DNA from: Macrostomum lignano
Taxonomy: Eukaryota
NCBI GenBank assembly: GCA_002269645.1
Contig: NIVC01000201.1
Location: 496,001 to 560,000, forward strand
Direction: 5' to 3'
Length of the DNA: 64,000 nucleotides
Shown: positions 1-12,400 of the stretch, in pieces
Position numbering within the stretch: the first letter of the stretch is position 1
How the letters are laid out: every line of letters starts with the position of its first letter
Notes under the pieces: generated by a model
What the model was told of the DNA's origin: nothing
The model's input: only the letters and a program-made list of their open reading frames with translations
Databases searched by the model: none
Program-made: the position numbers and the translations under genes

Positions 1-245
1 CTCACCCTACCTCTCCTCTCACCACACATCTCTCACCCTACCTTTCCTCTCACCCAACCTCTCCTCTCATCCTACCTCTCTTCTCACCATACCTCTCCTC
101 TCACCCTACCTCTCCTCTTACCCTACCTCTCCTCTCACCCTACCTCTCCTCTCACCCTACCTCTCCACTCACCCTACCTCTCCTCTCACCTCCCTCTCAC
201 CCTACCTCTCCTCTCACCCTACCTCTCCTCTCACTCTACTTCACT
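1..245. repeat. ~17-bp CT-rich tandem repeat (CTCACCCTACCTCTCCT)
   Basis: Direct reading; starts just after the exon-6 donor. Confidence 0.9.
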
Positions 246-278
246 CTACTTTTCCCTCTCCTTCTCCGTCCCTCTCAC

Positions 279-499
279 CTGGCTCTGTGCAGCAGACACA
301 CAAATGCTCTGCCATCCTGCCAGCAGGAGGTGAAGTTGGTCACCGACAGTCCATAGGGCGCCAGCTCGGCTCTGCACCAGGCCAGCAGGAAGTCTCTCAC
401 AGCTCGATTGTCGTCCAACTGCTGCTGCTGCTGCTGCGGCTGCTGCTGCCGCTGCAGAGAGCCGGATGCTGTGGAGAAGCTGGGCAGAATCTCCGATAT
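279..499 (-). CDS. Spectraplakin exon 6 (linker plus start of CH2)
   Basis: AG at 500-501 and GTGAG at 278-274; 221 nt, phase 0 to 2; FLLAWC...[16 protein letters not shown]2 motif. Confidence 0.92.
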
Positions 500-3400
500 C
501 TGGCGGGCAAGAGAGGCGTCTCAATTTTCTATTCTGCTTGAGTAAAAACCATCCGGAGAAAAAATCTAACGATTTAGCCGGAATAAACAAAACTTTGTGA
601 TAATTAAGAACAAAATTTCTTTTAACGTCCATTTCTAAAGATGCAAAATATCAAAGCTGCAGATAACATGGTGTCCCTACACTGCCAATCCTGAGCATCT
701 GCAGATAACATGGTGTCCCTACACTGCCAATCCTGAGCAGCTGCAGATATCATGGTGTCCCTACACTACCAATCCTGAGCAGCTGCAGATATCATGGTGT
801 CCCTACACTGCCAATCCTGAGCAGCTGCAGATATCATGGTGTCCCTACACTGCCAATCCTGAGCATCTGCAGATATCATGGTGTCCCTACACTGCCAATC
901 CTGAGCAGCTGCAGATATCATGGTGTCCCTACACTGCCAATCCTGAGCAGCTGCAGATATCATGGTGTCCCTACACTGCCAATCCTGAGCAGCTGCAGAT
1001 ATCTCAGGTGTCCCTACACTGCCAATCCTGAGCATCTGCAGATATCATGGTGTCCCTACACTGCCAATCCTGAGCAGCTGCAGATATCTCAGGTGTCCCT
1101 ACACTGCCAATCCTGAGCAGCTGCAGATATCTCAGGTGTCCCTACACTGCCAATCCTGAGCATCTGCAGATAACATGGTGTCCCTACACTGCCAATCCTG
1201 AGCAGCTGCAGATATCTGAGGTGTCCCTACACTGCCAATCCTGAGCAGCTGCAGATATCTCAGGTGTCCCTACACTGCCAATCCTGAGCAGCTGCAGATA
1301 ACATGGTGTCCCTACACTGCCAATCCTGAGCAGCTGCAGATATCTATCATGGTGTCCCTACACTGCCAATCCTGAGCAGCTGCAGATATCTCAGGTGTCC
1401 CTACACTGCCAATCCTGAGCATCTGCAGATATCATGGTGTCCCTACACTGCCAATCCTGAGCAGCTGCAGATATCTATCATGGTGTCCCTACACTGCCAA
1501 TCCTGAGCAGCTGCAGATATCTCAGGTGTCCCTACACTGCCAATCCTGAGCATCTGCAGATATCATGGTGTCCCTACACTGCCAATCCTGAGCAGCTGCA
1601 GATATCTCAGGTGTCCCTACACTGCCAATCCTGAGCAGCTGCAGATATCATGGTGTCCCTACACTGCCAATCCTGAGCAGCTGCAGATATCTCAGGTGTC
1701 CCTACACTGCCAATCCTGAGCAGCTGCAGATATCTCAGGTGTCCCTACACTGCCAATCCTGAGCAGCTGCAGATATCTCAGGTGTCCCTACACTGCCAAT
1801 CCTGAGCAGCTGCAGATATCTCAGGTGTCCCTACACTGCCAATCCTGAGCAGCTGCAGATATCTCAGGTGTCCCTACACTGCCAATCCTGAGCAGCTGCA
1901 GATAACATGGTGTCCCTACACTGCCAATCCTGAGCAGCTGCAGATATCTATCATGGTGTCCCTACACTGCCAATCCTGAGCAGCTGCAGATATCTCAGGT
2001 GTCCCTACACTGCCAATCCTGAGCATCTGCAGATATCATGGTGTCCCTACACTGCCAATCCTGAGCAGCTGCAGATATCTATCATGGTGTCCCTACACTG
2101 CCAATCCTGAGCAGCTGCAGATATCTCAGGTGTCCCTACACTGCCAATCCTGAGCATCTGCAGATAACATGGTGTCCCTACACTGCCAATCCTGAGCAGC
2201 TGCAGATATCTCAGGTGTCCCTACACTGCCAATCCTGAGCATCTGCAGATAACATGGTGTCCCTACACTGCCAATCCTGAGCAGCTGCAGATATCTCAGG
2301 TGTCCCTACACTGCCAATCCTGAGCAGCTGCAGATAACATGGTGTCCCTACACTGCCAATCCTGAGCAGCTGCAGATATCTATCATGGTGTCCCTACACT
2401 GCCAATCCTGAGCAGCTGCAGATATCTCAGGTGTCCCTACACTGCCAATCCTGAGCATCTGCAGATATCATGGTGTCCCTACACTGCCAATCCTGAGCAG
2501 CTGCAGATATCTCAGGTGTCCCTACACTGCCAATCCTGAGCAGCTGCAGATATCTCAGGTGTCCCTACACTGCCAATCCTGAGCATCTGCAGATAACATG
2601 GTGTCCCTACACTGCCAATCCTGAGCAGCTGCAGATATCTCAGGTGTCCCTACACTGCCAATCCTGAGCAGCTGCAGATATCTCAGGTGTCCCTACACTG
2701 CCAATCCTGAGCATCTGCAGATAACATGGTGTCCCTACACTGCCAATCCTGAGCAGCTGCAGATATCTCAGGTGTCCCTACACTGCCAATCCTGAGCAGC
2801 TGCAGATATCTCAGGTGTCCCTACACTGCCAATCCTGAGCAGCTGCAGATATCATGGTGTCCCTACACTGCCAATCCTGAGCATCTGCAGATAACATGGT
2901 GTCCCTACACTGCCAATCCTGAGCAGCTGCAGATATCTCAGGTGTCCCTACACTGCCAATCCTGAGCAGCTGCAGATATCATGGTGTCCCTACACTGCCA
3001 ATCCTGAGCAGCTGCAGATATCTCAGGTGTCCCTACACTGCCAATCCTGAGCAGCTGCAGATATCTCAGGTGTCCCTACACTGCCAATCCTGAGCAGCTG
3101 CAGATATCATGGTGTCCCTACACTGCCAATCCTGAGCAGCTGCAGATATCTCAGGTGTCCCTACACTGCCAATCCTGAGCAGCTGCAGATATCTCAGGTG
3201 TCCCTACACTGCCAATCCTGAGCAGCTGCAGATATCTCAGGTGTCCCTACACTGCCAATCCTGAGCAGCTGCAGATAACATGGTGTCCCTACACTGCCAA
3301 TCCTGAGCAGCTGCAGATATCTATCATGGTGTCCCTACACTGCCAATCCTGAGCATCTGCAGATATCATGGTGTCCCTACACTGCCAATCCTGAGCAGCT

Positions 3401-6400
3401 GCAGATATCTATCATGGTGTCCCTACACTGCCAATCCTGAGCAGCTGCAGATATCTCAGGTGTCCCTACACTGCCAATCCTGAGCATCTGCAGATAACAT
3501 GGTGTCCCTACACTGCCAATCCTGAGCAGCTGCAGATATCTCAGGTGTCCCTACACTGCCAATCCTGAGCAGCTGCAGATATCATGGTGTTCCTACACTG
3601 CCAATCCTGAGCAGCTACAGATATCTCAGGTGTCCCTACACTGCCAATCCTGAGCATCTGCACCACCTGACTGTCTATCGAGCTGCACTCCTTCTTATCC
3701 AAATCGAGGCCGCTCCACCTGAGCAGCTCGGTGGACGCTGACCCGGCCGCACCATCGGCCAATCCGGCCACTGAGTCCGCAGCGGCCGCCGCCCCGCTGC
3801 CGCCCACTCGCAGCTTCCGCTTGAAGTGAAGCAGCCGCGGCCGGCCGAGCAGCCAGCGGTTGTTGGCGCCGCAGCAGCCGGCAAAGGGCAGCATGAGCTG
3901 GACTGCTGCTAGGAGAAGAGCTTTGGTGGAACTGGACAGCAACAAATGACCAACAGTTGGTGTCACAACTCCATTCCCAATAGCAAGGAGAGGAATATTT
4001 ATGCGGAAAAGTCAAGACCTTACTCATTCCTCACAGCTAGCTCATAAATTTCTCACCCTAAATCTCCCCTTTTCTCTGTTCCCGCGTTTTTATTAACTTG
4101 AATTTCATTTTTTCTTCCCAATGCTGACCGGAAAAAGTGCATTGTTCTTAAACTATTATCTAATTACCCGTTGAGATGAGAAGATACCGCAGCTACAATG
4201 CATTCGCCAAATTTTCTTTTTTTCTAAAAAATATTTTTAAAAGCATTATAATTGGCATTGCGAGAAGTTCAGGGCCCATTGCAAATGAAAGGTGTTGGTT
4301 GGCATTTCAGGCCCAGCTGCCGCGAAGGCACGCGCGCCCTCTCTCACTGCCTCACTCACTTCATTTCGATAATAATTTCTCCCTTTCACAAAAGCACACA
4401 GAGAGCAGAAAGCCGGGCAGAGCAAAGCATATTTCTAGCACGCATTCGCGCTTCTACCGAAATGGGTGGGTGGAGCAAGCAGAGCAGGGCTGAGCAGCTT
4501 GAGCACTATAGCGGTGTGCACTCCGCCACTGCGCCAACCTCAAGCCAGCAGTCACAGCTTGCACAGCACAGAGACGGCATCTGCCCAGCAAATTCGCATT
4601 GCCAAAGCAGAGAGGAAACAGCAAATATGACTTTGACTGACTCAGATACGCGCGCCAACATAGGAAAATTGTTTAGAAAATCTATTTTTATCGCCCACGC
4701 TCTGACTAAAAAAGCCTGTCTGTCCGCCTGTTTGCTAGTCACGAGTCTGTCACCTACAGCTGATCTCTCTAACACTTGTAAACACTTGCGAATACATAAA
4801 GCAGACATGCGATATGCCTGCAGTTCGAACTACACCCTCGCAGACAACGCCCAATTAAATATGGTATTGTATAACGTCTATGGCTCATTGCCAAGAAGCA
4901 GATGCCCGGGAAGCCACAGCCCTGAAGTTAGCATTCCATCTTATGCCTGGGTATTCTCTGCACCCAATGGCACCACAGAGTTTAGCTATATTTCTATATA
5001 AATCTACAGGCCAACTTTGACAGATTTCAGCGGACCAAGAAATGCACACAACACAGAGACTGAGAAAGAGAAATAAAGGCAAAAAAGGCCAGAGCAAAGA
5101 GACAGTTTTGCAGAAAGAATAGCTGATTCAATAGGAATGACCTCGCCAGCTGGGGTTAAGAGCTGGATATGCCTTGCTCAGCAGAGCATCCGAGCTCTCA
5201 CACAATGCCTGCGGAGGCGTAGCGAACACCTCTGCGCACAGAGAGAAGAGAATTCATGGTGCTTGCTCAGGTAAGAACTCCTGCATATACAATTTAACGG
5301 GGCTAAAAACTAAAGCAACGATACGAAATAAAAAACGAGATTGTTTTGTGCCAACTAGTACTAGCAAGTAGTAACAGCTGTGCTTCTCCATGCTTATTAG
5401 CAGAAAACTACAGCTATAATAACTGAGGAAACTTGATGCAGACCCGAAGAATCAGACAGGCAATTCAAGGCTGCAGTTTGTACTCACAACAAGCCGGACA
5501 GGGCCTGAGGAAACTCTGAGCAGCCGTCTCACCGCTACAAGACCGCATGAGTACAGGAGGATGAGTAGCAGGCCAGCCAGCAGCAGAGCTCCCGGCCATA
5601 GAAGGTGAACCTCGCGTGTGAACGGACTCGACATGTGACTGAGCTGGGCATGAGCAGCCCGCACGCCTCCCACTCACCGACTGTCTCCTCTCTCCCAGCG
5701 ATCAGTTATAATATTTTTTTCTGTACAGCCGCTTGACTTTCGCTATAGGAAGATATTTTTACTTCTTCTGCTCTCAGGAGTGGCAAATACTGCCGCCAAT
5801 CAAACTGGGACAGACAGGGCCGGAGACGGGGGCTGTGGGTTGGTGACACGGCAGATCCACCACCGACAATGTACGGCAAGGACGCCCGCAACTGCAGCTT
5901 GGAATGGCTGACGACTGGAACAGCTTTGAGCTGCACAGCAGAAGAAGCCTTATCTGACCGCGCTTTTCTGCTCGTTAGGTCTATCTTCTGTTCTGCTAGC
6001 CAGCACTTGAGAAATAATGACAGAGACGGCTCAATGTCACAGCGATTCAGTCAGAAATTCGGGCTAATGAGACAAACAAAAAGCAGTGAAAGCAGAGTCT
6101 GCTGGACCGATAACGACGCAAAGATAAAAGCGGAGAGCTTTGCTTCTGCGGCTGCGCGTCTCTATCTGTTTCTCTCTGCCTACAAACTTTATAAACTGCA
6201 ACGGGACAGTCAGCGAGCGCAAGAAGTGAATTCCGCCGCTGCACTTGACTGCAAATTTCACTGCAGCTGGCTGGCAGCACGCAGCCGAGTGTACAACAGT
6301 ACAGTGCACCCGAGTTCAAGTGTGCGGGAATAGAAACCCATCAGCCCGCCTCATCGTCAATTACTGCAGCACCCAGCTGCCCAAGCAGACTAAAAATAGA

Positions 6401-9400
6401 TATTTCACTACTATATTGATTTATAATAGCAAATTATGAGCATCTCATCCTTTATAGTAAAGATTTTGCTTAATAATCATAAAATCATGAATAATGGTAG
6501 CAATGTCCTAAAGTGCTACTCCAAGTAGGAATAAAAAAGTATTCGAACTGAAAATTTAACTCAAAATTATTTAAAATAAATCAAGCGAAAATGTTCATCC
6601 AAAGAACTACTAAATAAGAATACTAATTAGATAAATTCAAACCAATCACCTGTCGCTAAATTTAGCTGCAACGCCTAATCAATATTCTGATCCATTCTTC
6701 GTACAGGCAAACACAATGGGATCACGGGATCTCTAGAAATGCACTACTAGCCCGATGGGGTACAGATCAAGTGCAATAGGCTGTAATTCTTAAGCTCGAC
6801 CTATTACATGATAGATCGAGTGACTGATTAAATGGGTGAATGGGTGAGTTAGCGAGTGAGTGAGTGAGTGAGTGAGTGAGTGAGTGAGTGAGTGAGTGAG
6901 TGAGTGAGTGAGTGAGTGAGTGAGTGAGTGAGTGAGTGAGTGAGTGAGTGAGTGAGTGAGTGAGTGAGTGAGTGAGTGAGTGAGTGAGTGAGTGGTTGAG
7001 TGAGTGAGTGAGTGGTTGAGTGAGTGAGTGAGTGAGTGAGTGAGTGAGTGAGTGAGTGAGTGAGTGAGTGAGTGAGTGAGTGAGTGAGTGAGTGAGTGAG
7101 TGAGTGAGTGAGAGTGTAAGTGAGTGAGTAAGTGAGTGAGTGAGTGAGTGAGTGAGTGATTGAGTGAGTGAGTGAGTGAGTGAGTGAGTGAGTGAGTGAG
7201 TGATTGAGTGAGTGAGTGAGTGAGTGAGTGAGTGACTACAGTGGAGCTGCACTGAACCATACAAATTGGGCATCAAGAACAGAATGCAATGGAGGTCTCC
7301 AGAGCAGCGCCCTTCGCTCACGCATTCGCTACAGTCAAGCATATTACTAAGCGGACCAAAAGTTACTAAAGTCATTAATAATCATACGCAATTACTGCGC
7401 ACAGCGGGGGGTCGGGTGTGCCAGGCGCAGACGCAGCTGCATGTGCACAGCAGCTCCCTGCACATCCCTCCAGTCTGCCCCAGTCTGGGAAAAAAGCACT
7501 TTAGCACTTTAAGGCCTTAGCCGAATAGAAATGACGAATAACAGGGCGGAGAAATTTCGGGGAAGGGAAGCGAACAGGGGGGTCCGGAGTTCAGCTTAGA
7601 AGATAATAGCCGCGGGCGTGGGCGATGGAGACCGCTGGGTTGCCACCCGGAGGCTTAAACGGTGCAGTGAATAATTCTGGAAACAAGTGAGTCAGCAGCA
7701 CTGACTGCAAACTAAACAGGAAACAAGGCTTTACTTCGCGGATAAATCGGCAATAAAAATCTGAGTTTGAGTCCGCAATTGCGTGATTGGAATGCAACGC
7801 ATTGCTGTTAACTCACGTTAGCAAAGCTGCCCATTCGGCGCTGGATTCTAACTCGCTAAAAAGACAGCGAAGCGTTCAACAATCTTTGTAAAAAACTGAC
7901 AACATTAATGTTATAATCGCGATAGTTACTGGGCGACTGCCAGCAGCCTGCATGCAAAGAGTAATAAACAAAATATTGACATAAAATTGTGCATTGCGTG
8001 CACTTTGATCAGCTAATACACCCGGATTGAGGATTACTACACCCAATCTGAGGCTTACTACACTCAATCTGAGGCTTACTACACCCAATATGAGGCTTAC
8101 TACACCCAATATGAGGCTTACTACACTCAATCTGAGGCTTACTACACCCAATATGAGGCTTACTACACCCAATATGAGGCTTACTACACCCAATATGAGG
8201 CTTACTACACTCAATATGAGGCTTACTACACCCAATCTGAGGCTTACTACACTCAATCTGAGGCTTACTACACCCAATCTGAGGCTTACTACACCCAATA
8301 TGAGGCTTACTACACCCAATATGAGGCTTACTACACCCAATATGAGGCTTACTACACCCAATATGAGGCTTACTACACCCAATCTGAGGCTTACTACACC
8401 CAATATGAGGCTTACTACACCCAATATGAGGCTTACTACACCCAATCTGAGGCTTACTACACCCAATCTGAGGCTTACTACACCCAATATGAGGCTTACT
8501 ACACCCAATCTGAGGCTTACTACACTCAATCTGAGGCTTACTACACCCAATATGAGGCTTACTACACCCAATATGAGGCTTACTACACCCAATATGAGGC
8601 TTACTACACCCAATATGAGGCTTACTACACCCAATCTGAGGCTTACTACACCCAATATGAGGCTTACTACACCCAATATGAGGCTTACTACACCCAATCT
8701 GAGGCTTACTACACCCAATCTGAGGCTTACTACACCCAATATGAGGCTTACTACACCCAATATGAGGCTTACTATACCCAATCTGAGGCTTACTACACCC
8801 AATATGAGGCTTACTACACCCAATATGAGGCTTACTACACCCAATATGAGGCTTACTACACCCAATATGAGGCTTACTACACCCAATCTGAGGCTTACTA
8901 CACCCAATATGAGGCTTACTACACCCAATATGAGGCTTACTACACCCAATCTGAGGCTTACTACACCCAATCTGAGGCTTACTACACCCAATATGAGGCT
9001 TACTACACCCAATCTGAGGCTTACTACACCCAATATGAGGCTTACTACACCCATGTTGAGGCTTACTACACCCAATCTGAGGCTTACTACACCCAATATG
9101 AGGCTTACTACACCCATGTTGAGGCTTACTACACCCAATATGAGGCTTACTACACCCAATCTGAGGCTTACTACACCCAATATGAGGCTTACTACACCCA
9201 ATATGAGGCTTACTACACCCAATCTGAGGCTTACTACACCCAATATGAGGCTTACTACACCCAATATGAGGCTTACTACACCCAATCTGAGGCTTACTAC
9301 ACCCAATATGAGGCTTACTACACCCAATCTGAGGCTTACTACACCCAATCTGAGGCTTACTACACCCAATCTGAGGCTTACTACACCCAATATGAGGCTT

Positions 9401-12400
9401 ACTACACCCAATATGAGGCTTACTACACCCAATATGAGGCTTACTACACCCAGTCTGAGGCTTACTACACCCAGTCTGAGGCTTACTACACCCAGTCTGA
9501 GGATTACTACACCCAATCTGAGGCTTACTACACCCAGTCTGAGGCTTACTACACCCAATCTGAGGCTTACTACACCCAATCTGAGGCTTACTACACCCAG
9601 TCTGAGGATTACTACACCCAATCTGAGGCTTACTACACCCAATATGAGGCTTACTACACCCAATATGAGGCTTACTACACCCAATCTGAGGCTTACTACA
9701 CCCAATATGAGGCTTACTACACCCAATATGAGGCTTACTACACCCAATATGAGGCTTACTACACCCAATATGAGGCTTACTACACCCAATCTGAGGCTTA
9801 CTACACCCAATATGAGGCTTACTACACCCAATATGAGGCTTACTACACCCAATCTGAGGCTTACTACACCCAATCTGAGGCTTACTACACCCAATATGAG
9901 GCTTACTACACCCAATATGAGGCTTACTACACCCAATCTGAGGCTTACTACACCCAATATGAGGCTTACTACACCCATGTTGAGGCTTACTACACCCAAT
10001 ATGAGGCTTACTACACCCAATATGAGGCTTACTACACCCATGTTGAGGCTTACTACACCCAATATGAGGCTTACTACACCCAATATGAGGCTTACTACAC
10101 CCAATATGAGGCTTACTACACCCAATATGAGGCTTACTACACCCAATATGAGGCTTACTACACCCAATCTGAGGCTTACTACACCCAATATGAGGCTTAC
10201 TACACCCAATATGAGGCTTACTACACCCAATCTGAGGCTTACTACACCCAATCTGAGGCTTACTACACCCAATATGAGGCTTACTACACCCATGTTGAGG
10301 CTTACTACACCCAATCTGAGGCTTACTACACCCAATATGAGGCTTACTACACCCAATATGAGGCTTACTACACCCATGTTGAGGCTTACTACACCCAATA
10401 TGAGGCTTACTACACCCAATATGAGGCTTACTACACCCATGTTGAGGCTTACTACACCCAATATGAGGCTTACTACACCCAATATGAGGCTTACTACACC
10501 CAATATGAGGCTTACTACACCCAATATGAGGCTTACTACACCCAATCTGAGGCTTACTACACCCAATATGAGGCTTTCTACACCCAATATGAGGCTTACT
10601 ACACCCAATCTGAGGCTTACTACACCCAATCTGAGGCTTACTACACCCAATCTGAGGCTTACTACACCCAATCTGAGGCTTACTACACCCAGTCTGAGGA
10701 TTACTACACCCAATCTAAGGCTAATGACATAAGTTTACACCCAGTTCAACAGCTACAGCACCTGAAGGGGGGGCTAATAACATGTGATTTATGCTAGCAC
10801 ACAGTAAAGATAACACATAAAATTATTGTTGAGCTGAAAGTTGGAATAAAATACAGACTGACTCGTATCGATAAGAATTAGGTAAATAATGAAGCCAATG
10901 CGTGCACTATGGTGTGAAGTAAATAAAAGTACAAATTGCAGCTTCACTAGCTGCATCAATTACCGGACTATCGGCAATGTGCAATTCAATTCCGCGCACA
11001 ACCTGTGGTTTTGTTTTGTTTCAAGTTTTAAAATAGAATTTATCATTACAGAATCACTGTCGTTAGTAGTGATGTAGGAGAGCGTTTCATTCACGAACAA
11101 GAAGCCAATATTGCTGTCAAAGCTGAACTGAAGCCAAAATCCCAAATCCTCTCGGGCTGCTACGTTTCGACCATAGACAAAAGTCTAGAATTATCTGTGG
11201 CCCGTTCATAAACAGCTATAAGTTCAAATATATATTTTATCGGTATTTTAAACCACTTTAAAGCTCACTTTCAGGGAGGTTATTGACATAGATTTTATTT
11301 TGCGGGATTTAATCGATCACTTTCCCGGACATATTTCAAGGATTATTGTATGTATCTAAATAAGCGAGCTTCTCTCTTCTCTTCCTTCGTGCCTCGAGAA
11401 ATTTCTTAATGAAATTTTGTATATGGTAAGAATGTGGGGGCTTCGCCCCAACACCCCCAGCAGGGGCTTTGCCCCCACACCCCCATCCCCAACTTCAACC
11501 ATAGACATACAAGTATGGCTCCGGGATTTATCTGAATACATCCTGCAAAAGTTTGAGGTCGGTATGTGATTAAATCCCGAGACCCGAAGGCTCGAGGGAT
11601 TTAAGTGAAACACCGACCGAAAAACCCATAGAATATCTTATACTTAATATTCCTTTTTGCGATTCACTTTGCCCGCAGAAACTCGTACCTATCTATGTCC
11701 CATTTAACCCCAACTTTAGCCATAGACTAATCTTCGAAACTGCATTCAATTTCGCAACAACAACAAAATACGTTGCCAGCCGGTCAAGCGAGACAAGACA
11801 ACGTTACTGGGCCTGGACGCGATCGCAGGCCGCACCACCGGCTGTGTCCGGGGCGCCGGCATCAGCCAGCAGGCAGTCGAAGATCGTCAGCACCTCGGCA
11901 GAAAATAGCAGCCTCGGTGTCGCCCGACACGCAGAGCACGACAGTCTTCCATAGCAAACCAAGCACCATAGACAGACATAGAAGGAGCAAGAATGGCCGA
12001 GCCTGGATCTTACTTCGGATTTCGAAGAGCTCCATAGCAAACCAAGCACCATAGACAGACATTGAAGGAGCAAAAATGGCCGAGCCTGGATCTTACTTCG
12101 GATTTCGAAGAGCTCCATAGCAAACCAAGCACCATGGACAGACATTGAAGGAGCAAAAATGGCCGAGCCTGGATCTTACTTCGGATTTCGAAGAGCTCCA
12201 TAGCAAACCAAGCACCATAGACAGACATTGAAGGAGCAAAAATGGCCGAGCCTGGATCTTACTTCGGATTTCGCAGAGCTCCATAGCAAACCAAGCACCA
12301 TAGACAGACATTGAAGGAGCAAAAATGGGCGAGCCTGGATCTTACTTCGGATTTCGCAGAGCTCCATAGCAAACCAAGCACCATAGACAGACATTGAAGG

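Noticed and set aside
766-1035. [14 protein letters not shown] repeat ORF; array superficially CRISPR-like
   Set aside because: Units abut with no unique spacers, there are no cas genes, and the context is eukaryotic.
4252-6333. Several 100-250-aa ORFs upstream of the alternative exon
   Set aside because: No recognisable motifs or coherent splice phases; probably promoter/UTR/intron sequence.
6767-7375. (HSLT)n ORFs
   Set aside because: Translation of the (GAGT)n microsatellite.
7876-10732. 945-aa and 901-aa ORFs on opposite strands
   Set aside because: Both are by-products of a stop-free 21-bp satellite inside an intron; no unique domains or splice context.
11340-11650. Possible Helitron/HINE-like end with a hairpin near 11575-11600, and a similar small hairpin at 54543-54558
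   Set aside because: Stems are short or imperfect and no second diagnostic terminus could be confirmed.
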